Part shown: positions 13,234 to 27,752 of the stretch, piece by piece
Layout: each line of letters starts with the position of its first letter
How positions within the stretch are numbered: the first letter of the stretch is position 1
From: Octopus sinensis
Taxonomy: Eukaryota
Assembly (NCBI RefSeq): GCF_006345805.1
Contig: NC_043007.1
Location: forward strand, 60,760,001 to 60,824,000
DNA: 64,000 nt
Direction: 5' to 3'
Made by a program: the position numbers and the translations under genes
The notes under the pieces: model-generated
The model's input: the letters and a program-made list of their open reading frames with translations, nothing else
The model's database searches: none
Told to the model about the DNA's origin: nothing

Positions 13234-13450
13234 TGCAAAATATAAAAATACAGATATATAGATATACATTTGTATAGAGGAAAGTCAACTACTAACATGA
13301 CCTGCTACAGGTCATACACCATTGGTTTGCAAATAATATACATTGGAAATGTCTTGTTTGCAGCTGTTCAGTTGTAACTCATTGATTACTGCTACACACA
13401 CATATACACCATTTTCAGATCAGACAATAATAGTGATAGTGATGATGATG

Positions 13451-13500
<50 letters not shown>

Positions 13501-13502
13501 GG

Positions 13503-13539
<37 letters not shown>

Positions 13540-13542
13540 AAT

Positions 13543-14345
13543 TATCAATGCCTACCTACAAGGAACTACCAGGCCAACATATTAAAGAACGGCAGTAGCC
13601 CAACATGTCGTGTATGCAACAACAAAATGAAACCAATGCTCATGTTGTCTCCAAGTGCAGTCTTCTTGTGCCTACAGAGTATCTCAACAGGCATGATAGA
13701 GCTGCACAATACATTCACTGGGTAATTTGCAGAATCCTGGACTTGCCCCATGATTAAAACTGGTGGGAACACAAACCACCTCCAGTGCTTGAAAATGACC
13801 ACATCTCACTCCTCTGGAACTTCACCATTCAAAGTGACAGAAAGATAGATGCGAATAGGCCAGACATCATAGTAAAAGACAAAGAACATACCTCCTCATT
13901 GATATGACTGTCCCAATCGATATAAACGTATCTGTCAAGACCTACCAAAAACTGAGCAAATATAAAGATCTTGAAATAGAAATCAGCAAAATGTGGAACC
14001 TGAAGACTAAAACAATACCTGTTGTCATAGGTGCCCTGGGAATGATAGCAAAAGGGGCTGATTGCTACCTAACTCAGATACCAGGAAACCCCAAAATGGC
14101 AGAAATTCAAAAGATAGTGCTCATGGGAACTGCTCATATCCTACGCAAAATACTTTCTATGTAATCTCAAGGTTTTAACAAACATTTTTTTTTTTAGACA
14201 TCCACTAGTACAACACAAAAAAAACAACAACCAAATATATGGTACACTAGGCATAACAACAACGTGAACTTCCAACCTGTTGTCTCTTGAGGTCTCTGGG
14301 TGAGACTTGGAGCCAACTTGTACAAATATAAAGCAAAAGTCAAAC
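13543..14345 (+). mobile_element. 3' fragment of a second R4/Dong-like family (CCHC + RLE)
   Basis: CRVC..., RHDR..YIHW, NRPDII..., IDMTVP.D.NV..K..KL.KY.DL, IPVVIGALG. Lies between a (GAT)n and a (TAA)n tract. Confidence 0.85.
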
Positions 14346-14574
14346 ATAATAATAATAATAATAATAATAGTTTCAGATTTTGGCACAAGGCCACTAATTT
14401 CAGGGGAGGGGGATAAATCAATTACATCGACCCCCAGTACTCAACTAGTACTTATTTTATCAATCCCAAGAGGATGAAAGGCAAAGTCAACCTCAGCAGA
14501 ATTTGAACTCAGGACACAAAGACGGATGAAATGCCACTAAGCATTTTGTCCAGCAAGCTGATGATTCTGCGACC

Positions 14575-16397
14575 AGGCCTTTTATTCAAAGGCTCAGCAG
14601 ATACAATGGGTTAATGAACTTTATTGTCATTCGTTTGTGTGCATTTCATATTGTCCTATCTATGCTTGCATGTCTTGGGAAACGGTTCGGAGAACATTAT
14701 GACAGAGTCAAACCTCATAGTACAAGGTTCCATTAACAGTGTTCTCAGTGGACACCACTACAATCACAACATCCGAGTTTATAAGTGTGTCGTGGAAGTC
14801 ATGGAACATCTGCATTGGCAAGCCTACATGAGCTCCCTCTCAGATGTGGACTATGCATTGACATATGAAACTCTTGCTAAGCTTCATGCTGATTTCCCTC
14901 TTCCTCTTTCATAGAGTTTGTAAAGGGAGAAGAATTTCAGGCTGTGGCATCTCCTATCATTTTTTTGTGGAACAACATTCAGCCAAAGATCCAACATTCG
15001 CTCTGTGGTCAAGTTACATTGAGATGATTTAAGTCATCCTCTTATTTCTATGGGCTACAAGGCAAGGAGACTAGGAATTACACCTTTCTTCTCTTCGCAG
15101 TTTTCTACCCTGGTTCTTTGCATATGACCATGCCAATTATGCCAGATATCTTCCAGTTTATTGGCATGAGATGAGTCAACTACCTGACACAAATTCATGA
15201 GACCTTCATGCAAGGGAAGTTTGTTGTCCATCACCAGACAGACCACGGATTCTGCGGAGTTACTTGTGATTAGACAATAGAGCAAACATGCAACAGGGAC
15301 ACAAAAACAAAAGGTGGCATGTTTGAATTCACAAGGAACAAAGGTGCAGTTGCCTGCTGGATTCTTTCCCAACATGAGCAAAGTGCTATCAACAAACATT
15401 GTGAGGAGATGACAGGGAAAGACAACGGAGCCACAGAAAAAAAAAAGATCTTAATGTGACCAGCATGGAAAAATATGAAGATATCTGTACAGTTGTTGAA
15501 ACAGTAGAGGCCATGTCCAGAAAAATACCAAAGAACTCGTGTACATTGCATCAGGAGTGATAGCTTCCACTGATGTCTGTGATGACTATACTTTTGCATA
15601 AACAAGTGGAGGTGATGCTTTCAAGGCATTTTGTGAAGAACATTTGCAAAGGAGATGGAGACTTGTTCAAGGTCCTCAAAAAGCAGAAAAGGAAAACTTT
15701 CACAACAATGAACAAAGCTTCAACAACTAAAGTAAAAGGCAAAGAAGTTACAATAAAAGCTGATTGCAATCTGTTTCAATGTTTGGTTGTTATTGCTGGG
15801 TAGGGAAACTTGATCTCCGAAACATGATGAGTTTCTTTGGTCTTGTTTATTACAAGTATTATCGTCGTCATCGCCGTCTTCCTCCTCCTCCTCCTCCTCA
15901 TTATTTTTTAAGATTACTACATGTATTGATATGCTTCAGAGATCAGACAAAATTTACCTTTCATAACCTCACTCCCCCATTTCCATTTAATTTAAATGGT
16001 TTGCAAATGTGTCTTAGTAAGTGGAAATATTTAAAGTAAAAACCAAGAAAAAGACCCTCTAATAGTATGCAAATTTAAGTTCACAATCTTATTTATTCTG
16101 AAATCAGATTTGTTTCAACATTCTGTACATCATAATCATTCCTTCACAACAAAAAAGCGGTCTAATACACACGCCACTGGTCTAGTTTCTAATTTTGGAC
16201 TCAAAGGGGCGACAGACTAATTATGAAATATTAAAAATAAGATAGCTCATTAATGTGCACTTTCCACACTTGACGAGTTTGTGTGGTTGTTATTCATATT
16301 TTTCTCGACCATTGTGCAAAATTTCATGTAGTTGCCATGTGGGGGTCACAAAAAAAAAAAAAACTAGAGCAATTTTAGATGTCTGCACCACTGCCTA
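14575..16397 (+). mobile_element. Degenerate DNA transposon, probably Academ superfamily
   Basis: ESNLIVQGSINSVLSGHHYN..RVYK..EVM, GD*ELHL...LPWFFAYDHANYARYLPVYW and D*TIEQTCNRDTKTKGG. Candidate terminus ...caccactgcCTA at 16397. Superfamily assigned from memory of the motif. Confidence 0.6.
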
Positions 16398-17162
16398 TAA
16401 TAATATATGATTTTTAAAATTTCCATCTGCTAAACATTTTATATTTCTCTCACTCTCTCTTTTTCTCTTTACCTCTAACTTCAACAAACTTTTTAATTGT
16501 GTCATCCTCTTCATGTTGTTATTACTCTCATTCTCTTTTTCTTCACCTCTCACATCCACTAACCACATGACAGCCAAATGTATCAGCTGACAATAACATC
16601 ATTACACTCTCTTCTCCCACCCTCTCTCTCTTTGCCTTTCTTTAACCTCACCACCAGATCACGACTGCTAAACATTCTATTTCTAACTCTCTTTTCTATA
16701 TCACTCCCTTCAAATAATTTTTTAACTACATAATCATGATTGTTTTCTTTTTCTCACTTGTTAACACTTCTCTCTCCCTCTTTCTCTCTTGCCTTTTGCC
16801 TTTCCCTTCAACTAATTTTATGAGCCTTAGCATATTAATATATAAACAATGATATTACCATCATCATCGTCATCATTCTTTCTAATTTTGGCACAAGACC
16901 ATCAGTTTTAAGGGTGGAGGTAAATTGATTACATCAGCTCCAGTGTTCAATTGGTACTTATTTTATCAACCTCAAAAGGATGAAAGGCAAAGTAGACCTT
17001 GGAGGAATTTGAATCCAAAATGTAAAGAACCTGAAAAAATGCCGCTAAGTATTTTCTCTGAGGCATTAACAATTCTAACAGCTTGCCACATTGATAAGGA
17101 TGATGATGATGATGATGATGATGATATGATTAGTAATTATTATCATCAATATTATTATTAAT

Positions 17163-17510
17163 AAAGGCAGCAAGCTGGCAGAATCATTAACATGCTTATT
17201 GGCATTTTGTCCATCTATATGTTCTGAGTTCACTGTTGAGCTCGACTTCTGTTGAGCTCGACTTTGCCTTTCCTCCATTCATGGTTGATGAAACAACTAT
17301 CAATTAAGCACTGAGGTCAACTTAATCGATAATCCTCCTCCCCACAAAGTCTATATGTTCTGAGTTCAATTCTGTTGAGCTCGACTTTGCCTTTCCTCCA
17401 TTCATGGTTGATGAAACAACTATCAATTAAGCACTGAGGTCAACTTAATCGATAATCCTCCTCCCCACAAAGTTTCAGGTCTTGTGCCTTTAGTAGAAAG
17501 GATTATTATT
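17163..17510 (+). mobile_element. SINE family A copy with ~135-bp internal tandem duplication
   Basis: ctatatgttctgagttca...cccacaaagt occurs at ~17215-17350 and again at ~17351-17473. Confidence 0.85.
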
Positions 17511-17629
17511 GTTGTTAAAGACATTCCTATTTCAAAGATGTCATTCAACTTGGCAACATTGTTCATAAAGGCTGGTAGTAGCAGAACATGGTTGTATACT
17601 GGTAGATAGTAGGTGCCAAGAATGACATT

Positions 17630-18400
17630 TGACCCTATCAAAACACGTTCATCCTGATTAAAGATTAACTTATATGTTTTTCCCTGGCGTAAGAGGTTCA
17701 AGGATGGTAGAGAGGAGGTGAGATATGAGGTGAGGTGTGAGAGGGAGAGAGATGTCAGAACATCAGATCTGATTGAGAAAATTCATAATTTTCTGGATGG
17801 AAACCATAGTGTGTCTATAAAGACAATAAATATATAGTTGGTGTTGAAGTGGCAATTGTACACAGAATTATTCATGAAGATCTGAAAATGTGAAAAATTT
17901 GTGCAAAGTTTGTTCCCAGGGTGCTTAGTAACAAACAAAAAGACATTAGTGACAGCAGGGATATGGTTAAGCTCATTACCTGCAATCCAAGAGTACTTGA
18001 GTCTCTGGTGACCTGTGACGAAAGCTGGAACTACTGTTATGATCCAGAGACCAAGAGACAGAGTACCCAATGGAAGCATCTTGGCTCCCTAAGAACCCAG
18101 AAATTCATGATTATCCCCTTTTTTCAACAGCAAAGACATCACATCATCAACATCCACTGGATTCCCTCTGGCCAGACAGTCAACAAAGAATACTTTGTGG
18201 AGGTTTTGAGGGAGTCTATGAAGAGATTTCACCACAAAAGTCTAGAGGTCTCTCATTCAGGTCAGTGACGTCTGCACCAGAACAATGTACCAATCCATGA
18301 TTCCATCCTGGTATTCAACTACTTGACAGAGATGGGCAACAAAACTGTTTGTCACCTTCCCTACAGTCCAAACCTTGCTCCCTGTGGCTTTTGGTTGTTT
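17630..18400 (+). mobile_element. Degenerate mariner transposase
   Basis: KFVPRVL, VTCDESW..YDPETKRQS.QW, GQTVNKEYF.EVL, HQNN, HLPYSPNLAPC.FWLF. Confidence 0.85.
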
Positions 18401-19097
18401 CTGCTATCGCAGATTTTGAAATTTTATAAAATTAAATGAAAAATTTCAAATTAGGTTTGTTAATGTATTTTTTCATACTGAATCCAAGTTTGTGATTCAT
18501 TTATTTCAGAAAATTTTTTAGAAAAGTGTTACAGAGGCTTAAAATTTGATCATTTTTACCCAATCAGAAAACAGGATTTGAAAGCTAAGCATTTTCTGCA
18601 CAAAATAAAATGATACACATTTAGAAGATGAGGTTTTAAACAAAATGAAAGCAATGCATAAGAGTTAATACACATAGAAAGAGAGTCAATGTCAAACACT
18701 ATGGTAAATATATATATAGAGAGAGGTAGATTGATGGTGATAGAGAGCAGGAGATTTATCAACTTAAAAGTTGAGTTATTTCTTGTAGCAAATTATATTT
18801 TTTTTATTATTATTTAAGAACAACATTATCTTTGGGATGCAGATTTCAAAAATCACATTTGTTTTTCTCAAGGATGCATGACTTCTGAAGCTTTTTGGGC
18901 TAAACACACGTACTTAACCACATAGACTTGCATGATAATGACGATGATAATATATAAATATACTCATAGATGGTTTATAATAATTGTTAGTATCGAAAAT
19001 AGGGTTAAATTTTAATATCCAGCTGTCTTATACTATTAATTATATATTTCTAAACACTGCCTTAATGAATTTATGTCTGAATGTATATATCTATGTA

Positions 19098-19589
19098 CAG
19101 GGGTTGGACAAAATAATGGAAACACCTAACATCATAATTCTGAAATATCTATAAAACCTTCAAAGCTTGTTTATTTTTTTTATTTATTATTAGTTTTGCT
19201 TAATATGTTTTGCTAAAATTGCTGTTTCTTTTCAGATATCATCAGAAAAAGGTAATTAAAATTCATTAAAATGACAGATCTATCAGACTAGTGAAGTTGA
19301 ACATCTTATCTGGCCACCACAATCCCAAGATCTCAATATTACTGAACATTTATAATGCATTTTAAAAAACAAGTAAGGAGTTGATATCCTCCACCATCAT
19401 CACTACAAGAACTGAAGACTGTTTTAGCTGAAGAATGGACAAAAATTTCTTTGGAAACAATTCAAATTTTGTATGAGTCTATACTTCATAGAATTCAAGC
19501 TGTAATTACTGCCAAAGGTGGTCCTACACCATATTAAAATAAATTTGTTTGAAATTTTAAGATGTTTCCATTATTTCATCCAACCCCTG
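19098..19589 (+). mobile_element. Internally deleted Tc1 element with TIRs and TA target duplication
   Basis: TA|CAGGGGTTGGACAAAATAATGGAAACA ... TGTTTCCATTATTTCATCCAACCCCTG|TA. Internal remnant WPPQSQDLNITEHL...EEWTKI...RIQAVITAKGGPTPY*. Confidence 0.9.
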
Positions 19590-19676
19590 TAGATATATAC
19601 AATATATATATGCGTGTGTGTGTGTGTGTGTGTGTCTGTGTATATTATATTTGCATACGTACATGGATATACCTAT

Positions 19677-19710
<34 letters not shown>

Positions 19711-20796
19711 ACCCATGTCAGCATGGAAGACAGACGTTAAACGATGATGATGATGATGATAGATATATACCTATTTTCTATTTCCTGGATTATTTTTAGT
19801 CTACTTAGGTACTTAGGATCTGCTGACCAATTTAATTTTAACCCTATTTTCAATACTAACAGTTAACATAAACTATCCATTTTTTTTTATATAACCAATT
19901 GTATTATGCTATTAATTATATATGTCTTAAGACTAAAATTAGTTATCTCACTATTTTCTGTTCTGATAAATATTCACCACATTTTATTTACTGAGGATAG
20001 CTCAGTATCCTCCAGTCTACCATACTAATTCTATTGTGCTTACTTTGGCTTCCACTCTCTCCCATTCTAGTTTCACTTTATTTCTCTTTCTTTTTGATAT
20101 TACTCTCTATATTTCATAAACACAATATCTGTAAACTTCTCTCATTCCTTTAAACTTTCACTTTCATTTCTCTCTCTATCATTAATACCTCTAGGTTATT
20201 GATAAAAACCTACCTGACTCTTTCTATCTGATATTATATATCATCTTCACATTCATCACTACTACTCAGTTTCCTTTTTACTACCTTAGTAAGTCTCCTC
20301 CCCTCCCCTTAATAGTAAATTTCTTTATTAATTATTGTCTTCCATACATTAACATTTTGAAGATGATTTTTTTGTATGTGTATACTGTAGTTGGAAAAAA
20401 ATTGATGTAACTACGATATTTTGCTGATCTAATGAGCTAGCCTTCTGGACCTGTGTTCATTTGTAAAATGTACAATAGTATTATGTACTTTATACATACT
20501 AGTGTAAGCATGCAAAATAATTTATTAGACACTAAAATTAATTATTTTTGCATGATGCTAGCTGTAAACCGACTGTCACTCTATGGATATCAAGTGGTAA
20601 AATAAATATATTCATCTCATACCACCTGACTATCTATCTTTATCACATATATATCATCATCGTCATTTAATGTCTGTTTTCCATGCTAGCATGGGTTGGA
20701 CAGTTTGACCAAAGCTGGTCAGCTAGGAGAGCTGTCTAGACTCCAATTGTCTGTTGTGACATGGTTTCTACAGCTGGATATCCTTCCTAATGCTAA

Positions 20797-20839
<43 letters not shown>

Positions 20840-20842
<3 letters not shown>

Positions 20843-21134
20843 AAAGTATAGAAGCCATCTTATCATGGCTAACCACATTGGGGAGGGGGTGTTACTGTAG
20901 CTTTATAGCCCCAAGAGATCTTCGTCTCTAGCTGGCTCTAGACACAATATCTGTGTCCTTGGAGTATTTGCAAAGGGAGGCCATCCCTTCCTCGCAAGCC
21001 TGAGTGATATGCTCAGGACACAGATATTGTGTCTAGAGCCAGCTAGAGACGAAGATCTCTTGGGGCTATAAAGCTACAGTAACACCTCCTCCCCAATGTG
21101 GCTAGCCATGATAAGATGGCTTCTATACTTTACA
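20840..21134. repeat. Near-perfect palindrome: 120-bp arms, 55-bp spacer, TG...CA ends
   Basis: 20840-20959 is the reverse complement of 21015-21134 with two mismatches by eye; abuts a (TA)n tract. Confidence 0.95.
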
Positions 21135-24100
21135 TTATCGAGTGATTACTGTTTCAATCTCATTCTGAGATTTAATTATGCTTAAATGAAAATATCATAC
21201 TGCTAATACATAGTAAGACACAATATTGCTTTCAAGTTTTGGTACAAGGCCAGCAATTTTGGGGGAGAGATAGTTCAATTAGATTGACCCTGATGCTTAA
21301 CTGGTACTTATTTTATTGACCTCAAAAGGATGAAACTCAAAGTGAACCTCAGAAGAATTTGAACTCATTAAGAAAGATGAAATGCTGCTAAGCACTTTGC
21401 CCAGCATGCTAAATGATTCTGCTAGATTGCCACCTTATCATAAAACACGATATTGACTTGTAAACCTGTAATATATTTGATAGTATAATATGATTGCAAA
21501 ACGAATCACTGTGGCCTTGCCAGCAATTAAATGAAGACAGTAATGATGCTTGATGAGTCACATTCTGTGCCAGATTTTGAATCTCTGTGAGTGTTTGATC
21601 AGCCTTCCAAGATGGTTAGAAAACCAATCTCACTTGTACATTCTATTTCTGGCATGGTTCTTATGATTAGATGCTCTTTCTCCTAACATCTAATACTTTA
21701 CAGAGTGAATTGAGGGTATTTTATCATGATACAAACACTATAGACATTGTCATGCCCTTGGCCAGACTATTGCTTCTGCATTATCATTGACTGTTTTATG
21801 ATGCATTTTAGTGCATCAAACAACTGAGGTTGCACATGCCCAACAAATCTGCATTGCTTTATCAAAAGCAGATTTTATTTGAAAGTTATACTCTGAACAA
21901 ATAAATGACATTCTTATTGGTTGAGAAATAAGAAATTAATTATTTAACAAATGCTTTTTTAATGTATAGCTAAATAAGTTATAGGAGCTGATGAGTCCAT
22001 AACTGCTTACAGCCAGCTAGTGAGGAAGTATGCAAAAGTGAAATACATAATTTTGAAATATTTTGTCTGGATGTATAACCACAATATTCTAAGAAAATTC
22101 AAAAGCGGACAGAGAAATAGTTTAATTTGAAGAGTTTATTTGGATTTAGAAAAAGCAAATTGTTGAAAATTTAGAAAGAAATTTGAGATATATAATAAAA
22201 AATATCTTAGAAAATATGTAGAATATAAGCAAAACAAAAATAGAGAAGCAATACTTTGTCAGATTTGATTGATTCATCAATGACAGAATTCTCAGGATAG
22301 ACTTTAGGCACAAGCATGACACAGGTCACAACATCAATTACCATCAAAGAGTCTGTGTAAAATTTCTTCTCAAGGGCTTCCCATGAGGCAACTGCTGAAA
22401 TGGGAATTTTAAGTTAACATCAAAAATAAAAATATTTAATCAATGAAAATTACAAGAATTCAAAGAGCCTAGTAATAGTGGTATGTGACAGTAAAGCTAT
22501 TCATCATCATTCCATTTTGCCTGCTTTCCAAGTTGCAATGAGAAGGATGGTTTGACAGGATTCAACACATAGGAGGACTATATCTTCTCCCAATGTCTCA
22601 TTTTTTGGCATGGTTTCTATGATTGAATTCTCTTTCTGACACAATCCACTTTACAGAGAGTATTTTTTTGTGTGTTACCAGCACAATAAAAGTTGCTTTG
22701 CCACCTACAAGAATAATGTGACCTTTCAGCCTGTATTGTTGCTATTGTCAGCCTTATATTATTGCTATTCAGATCAATTATCAACCATTTGATATGTATT
22801 GAATACTTTTTTGGCATGACCACTGTTGGGAGTTGTCTTGTAACTTGTAAAGCAAAACAGGGTACCCCTCAATTGAAAAAGAGTAAAAGGAAAAAAGTTG
22901 GATCTGTTAATATGTGGTGAGGATCTCCAGCAGTATTCTTTGTAATTATTTTCTTTGTGAGAAGCACTGCTGATTTCTGGATTGTGATTTTGAAACATTG
23001 AGAAATTTGAGAATATGTTTTTTTTTCAATGATGTTGCTAAACTAAATAATAGTAATGAGCTTATAGTATATACTGCTGAGGTGCACTAAATCTTGCCAG
23101 AAAAGAGTAAAAGAACACAGAAAGCAGAAATCAAGTAAAGAAACAGAGTTCATATGATAAAAGAATAAGGCAGAAAAATGAACAATGAAAGAGCCATAAA
23201 GAATAAAACATGCTGTATGGGCACATCAGGAGTAGTGTTGGTAAATTTTGGAAAGTATGGAATTTTTGAAGGATATAGTGTACTGACAGCTAAGAAATAA
23301 TGTGGGTAGTTTGTTCCATTCTTCAACAATCCTGAGCTTGTAAAAACAAAAAGTTTCTGAAAGTCACAAGGTCTGTGCTATGTTTTGATTATATAAGTGT
23401 GTCTACATGTGGTAGAGATAATGAATTCAAAATGGTAGCTAAAGTTATTGTTGGAAAGGTAGTGGATAATCTTATGGGCTTTCATCAAGTCAGCTACTAT
23501 ATATTGAAGTTAGAGAAGCAAGGTGTTTAAGATGCAGAAAGTAATTCAAAGAGGGTTTTCATCTAGCTCCATGTCTCTGGACAGCTTTCAGTAGATTGGT
23601 TTCTGGACAGAATGGAGGTTTCAGACTGGAGGTGCAGATGGTAAGTGTGGATGTAATATAGCCATAAAATAGCTTTAGATCTCATTTTTCTGTCTAAAGA
23701 GATTTTAACCAATATTTCTAGCAGTACCTTAATGCTTGTTCACCTATTATTTTTTATCATCAATCCTTATTCATCCCATAGTCTCAGGCTGGGAGGATTA
23801 CATACTTACTTATTAACACCAAATAATTCATTTTAAAATCCTTATTTTAATGTATATTAACTGAATCTTTTCCAAACTGCAACCAATTTCTCTGTTTGAA
23901 ACAGGCTAATTATAGTCTATTACATACATAAAAGATTGAATATAAAGAAGCTGAGAAAGCAGTTTTGCATTGAAGGAATTGGGCAATATGTGCAGAAGTG
24001 ACTTTGTAGGTATTGACATGGTTCTGTGAACTGAGACTATGGTGTGAGCAAGCAGATGAAATCATAAAGTCTATATAGAGACAAAAGTTTCAGTTTAGTT

Positions 24101-24667
24101 CTAAATGAAGTCTATCATTGAAGATATGAAACCATGCCAAAACACTGTGTCTGGTAGTCTGCTCACATCATTTGGATTTCAAATTGATATGTTTTCACTC
24201 ACAAAGTCTACATCTCTATTCAGTTAAATCAGCCTTGATTAGTACTTTATTTTATTACCTTCAGAAGAATTGAAGGCAAAACCAACCTTATGGGAAATTG
24301 AATTTAGAACATAAATAAATACTGAAAGGTATTTTGGTTTAGTCAGCTGTATTATCAATTATACTAGTATTCAGTACCCTAGCATTAGCAGCAAAAAGGT
24401 ATTCCAAGCTGGATTGTAAATAACATTTGAAAATTCTATGAAATATCATACAATCCCAATTCATCATCATTGTCATCATCAACATTTAACATCCATTTTC
24501 CATGATGGCATGGGTTGGATGGCTTGACAGGAACTGACAAGGCCAGGGGCCACACTAAGTCCCTTAGTCTGTTTTGATTTGGTTTCTAAGGCTGGATACC
24601 TTTCCTAATGCCAACCACTCCACAGAGTATACTAGGTTCTTTTTACATAGCACCATCACCCTTTTAA

Positions 24668-24883
24668 CCCTTTTGTTACCAACCTGGCTGAAACTGGCTC
24701 TAGCTCTGAGTAGAAATGTCTTGTTTTCATAAGTTTTGAATTAAAATCTTCCACCAAACCTTAGTCACAATTGATGTTCCTAACACTAGCTGAATGATAA
24801 CTAAGTTATTTCACTAAACTCATTGTTATATTTAAAGTAATTGAAAGAAACACAGAGCATCTCAAAATAAATGCAGTAAAGGG
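24668..24883. mobile_element. piggyBac-type MITE (family P2) nested in a SINE
   Basis: TTAA|CCCTTT...AAAGGG|TTAA; interrupts the antisense SINE that begins at ~24475. Confidence 0.75.
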
Positions 24884-27553
24884 TTAAACATGGCACTAGT
24901 ACCAGTACTTTTTACAAGGTACCAACAACCACATCAATGCTTTTTGTATGTCACCTTGGGTTTAGGATCTCATTTCTGTTGTGGTGAGTGGTCTTGTAGA
25001 TAGAAATAAACTTGCCTGACCTAATCAAATGTTTAGACAACCAACCTTATTGGTGATGTGTTATAATCTTTTACTTTCATCTTGTTCCATGTGTTACTAG
25101 TTCTGCACCTCAGATCATAAGGAACTTTTTTCATTGTGCTCAAGCCTGGACTTTTCAAAGACTCATCTGGAATTTAAAAGACAAATTTACAAAACAATGC
25201 TAAACATGTTATGACTAATTAATTCTAATAACGGTTATACTGCCAACACTTTTACTTCCTACATAGCAACATGAGTTATATAATACCTTACCACCTCCAA
25301 ATGTCCCGGCTTTGTTATATCAGAGGATTTCTATTAATTGAGTAATATTTTATTTCAGAAATGTAATTACACATTCACACTACCTATTTGGTTTGTGTTT
25401 CATTAAAAATATTCAACTTTATAATTTGTAATGAATTTACCATATCTGACTGTCATTGATGGAGAACTAATCAACTGTATACTATCACCAAACAAACACA
25501 GGACTATGAATAGCTGTTATAGTAAAAGTACAGTGTGTTGTATAAATTGACCAGTGTTTTGTCAGCTTTGAGATCAAATCCTCTTTTCTTGGGTAAAATG
25601 AGCTCACTACACAAGGTGTACATACTATATAATGGTAAGAACACTGATGGCAACCTTACCACTGATGGTAACCTTCATGATGGTTGGACTTTCCTCAAAG
25701 GACTTCTAGTGGATTAACCATAAGGTTTCTGATCAAATAAAATACAAATGATTGAAGTGGTATCTATCACTGAGAAGACAAGTACACTGAAACAAATGTA
25801 GTCTGACAGTCCGCAGGTGTCATTTGGAGTTGTTCTTTAAGACTAAATCTCACAATGACTGCTTGTTCCATATTTGTTTGAACACAATGTGTGCGTGTGT
25901 CTATCTTTGGTTATATTGTGTCTGCTTCTATGAAAATCTTGATCTACAAGTGGGAATGTTGCCACTGCTTGCTTCACACCTTTGAAGATGTGCAGAATAA
26001 GAGATCTCTCTCTTAAAAAACAGGTGAGTGACAGGAAAGGCAACCAGCATTTAATTGGCAAATATTTGACTATCCCCAAGTATAACAATATCTGTTTCAA
26101 CACACAATTTTTTTCATCAAGGATTTTGCATAACAAATACATAAATGTAAGTTTTTTTTTAGTGTTGAGTAAGTTGCAGTTTTAACTTAAACACATTCTC
26201 CTTATAACAAATATATGAAAATTATAAATTCAGTATCAAAGCACAACTGAATCACATGCAACCTTGCTGTAGAAATCTTATGAGGTTGGGGGACTATCTT
26301 AAACTCTCAGCAAAACAATATGGACACCACTAGTTTATAAATCATTTTCTGTCACCAGATTCTACTGAAGCCAACAGTTCTCTTGAACTAACAGTTAAAT
26401 ACAAACTGTTACTTACCTTAAAGGGAAGGGGTCATAGCTACAAGCTGTGTTTTTACCACAGAACAAGATTAAGTAGTAACAATGGTCTCAAATTTTAATA
26501 CAAGGCTAGTAATTTTGAGGGAAGGGGTAAGTTGATTACATTGACCCCAGTGACCAACAGGTACTTATTTTATCGACACCAAAAGGATGAAAGGCAAAAT
26601 CAATCTTGGTAGAATTTGAACTCAGAATGTAAAGATAGATGAAATACTGCTAAACATTTTGCCTGGCATGCTGATGATTCTGCCGGCTCACTGCCTTATT
26701 AAGCAGCAACAATAAGCAGTCTCCAACCATGTCAAGTGATCCAGAAGCCTATTGTTACACTGATGAGTTTGCTAGTGATAAGTTTACCAAGAATTTTGGA
26801 TATATTCTCCTGAGATTCATTACACAACAAAACAAAACATTAAACATATACATACACACGTTTATCATTATCATTGTTTTAACATCCAGTTTTCTTTTCC
26901 ATACTCATATACATCAGCAAGAATTTGTTGAGGCAGATTTTCTAAGGCTGGATACCCTTCCTGTCACCAACCCTCACCTGATTCCAAGCAATGTAACTGT
27001 ATGATGGTGATGCTAGTTTACATCATATGATGTCAAGACCAAGTGGTACAAATACATATACAACCATTCACCCATATACATACATAGATGCATAGATACA
27101 TACATATCAGCTTCCATCTACCAAATCTACTTACAAGCCTTTAGTCAGCCCAGGGCTATAGTAGAGAACACTAACCCAGGGAATCATGCAGTAGGACTGA
27201 ACCTGAAACCATGAGGTGAGAAGTGAACTTCCTAACCACACAGTCCTTGTGTATACACACACACGTATGTATCCTCCTCCCTAACCCACTCCTATTTTCT
27301 TTGTCTTCCTCCAAACTGATATTCAATTTTGACCATGACCCCTTCCCATTTGCTGTTCACTGCATTACATACATACCTATATTCCCTACCTCTAACCATT
27401 TGTGGAAGGGCATTCGGCCATAGAAGCCATACTAAAACAGATATTGGAACTCAACAGTCTTCTGACCTGTAAGGTTCTGTGAAACTATCCAACCCATGCC
27501 AGCATGGAATACAGACACTAAACGATGATTGATGATGATATGCAAACGCGCAT

Positions 27554-27587
<34 letters not shown>

Positions 27588-27752
27588 GTATAGGTTTCAA
27601 ACACAGAACTATACTTTGGTATGCGTATTGTTGAGATAGTGAAAAATGAATAGGAATACCAGAGAACTATCAAAGTTGGTGATGTGTATCCTGTCAGCAA
27701 CACTATGTTCAGATCATGGCCAGGATATGTCATTATCAGACAGCCCAGTTGG

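Noticed and set aside
21988-21998. CTGATGAGTCC hammerhead-like half site
   Set aside because: No matching GGAC-GAAA..UH with closing stems nearby.
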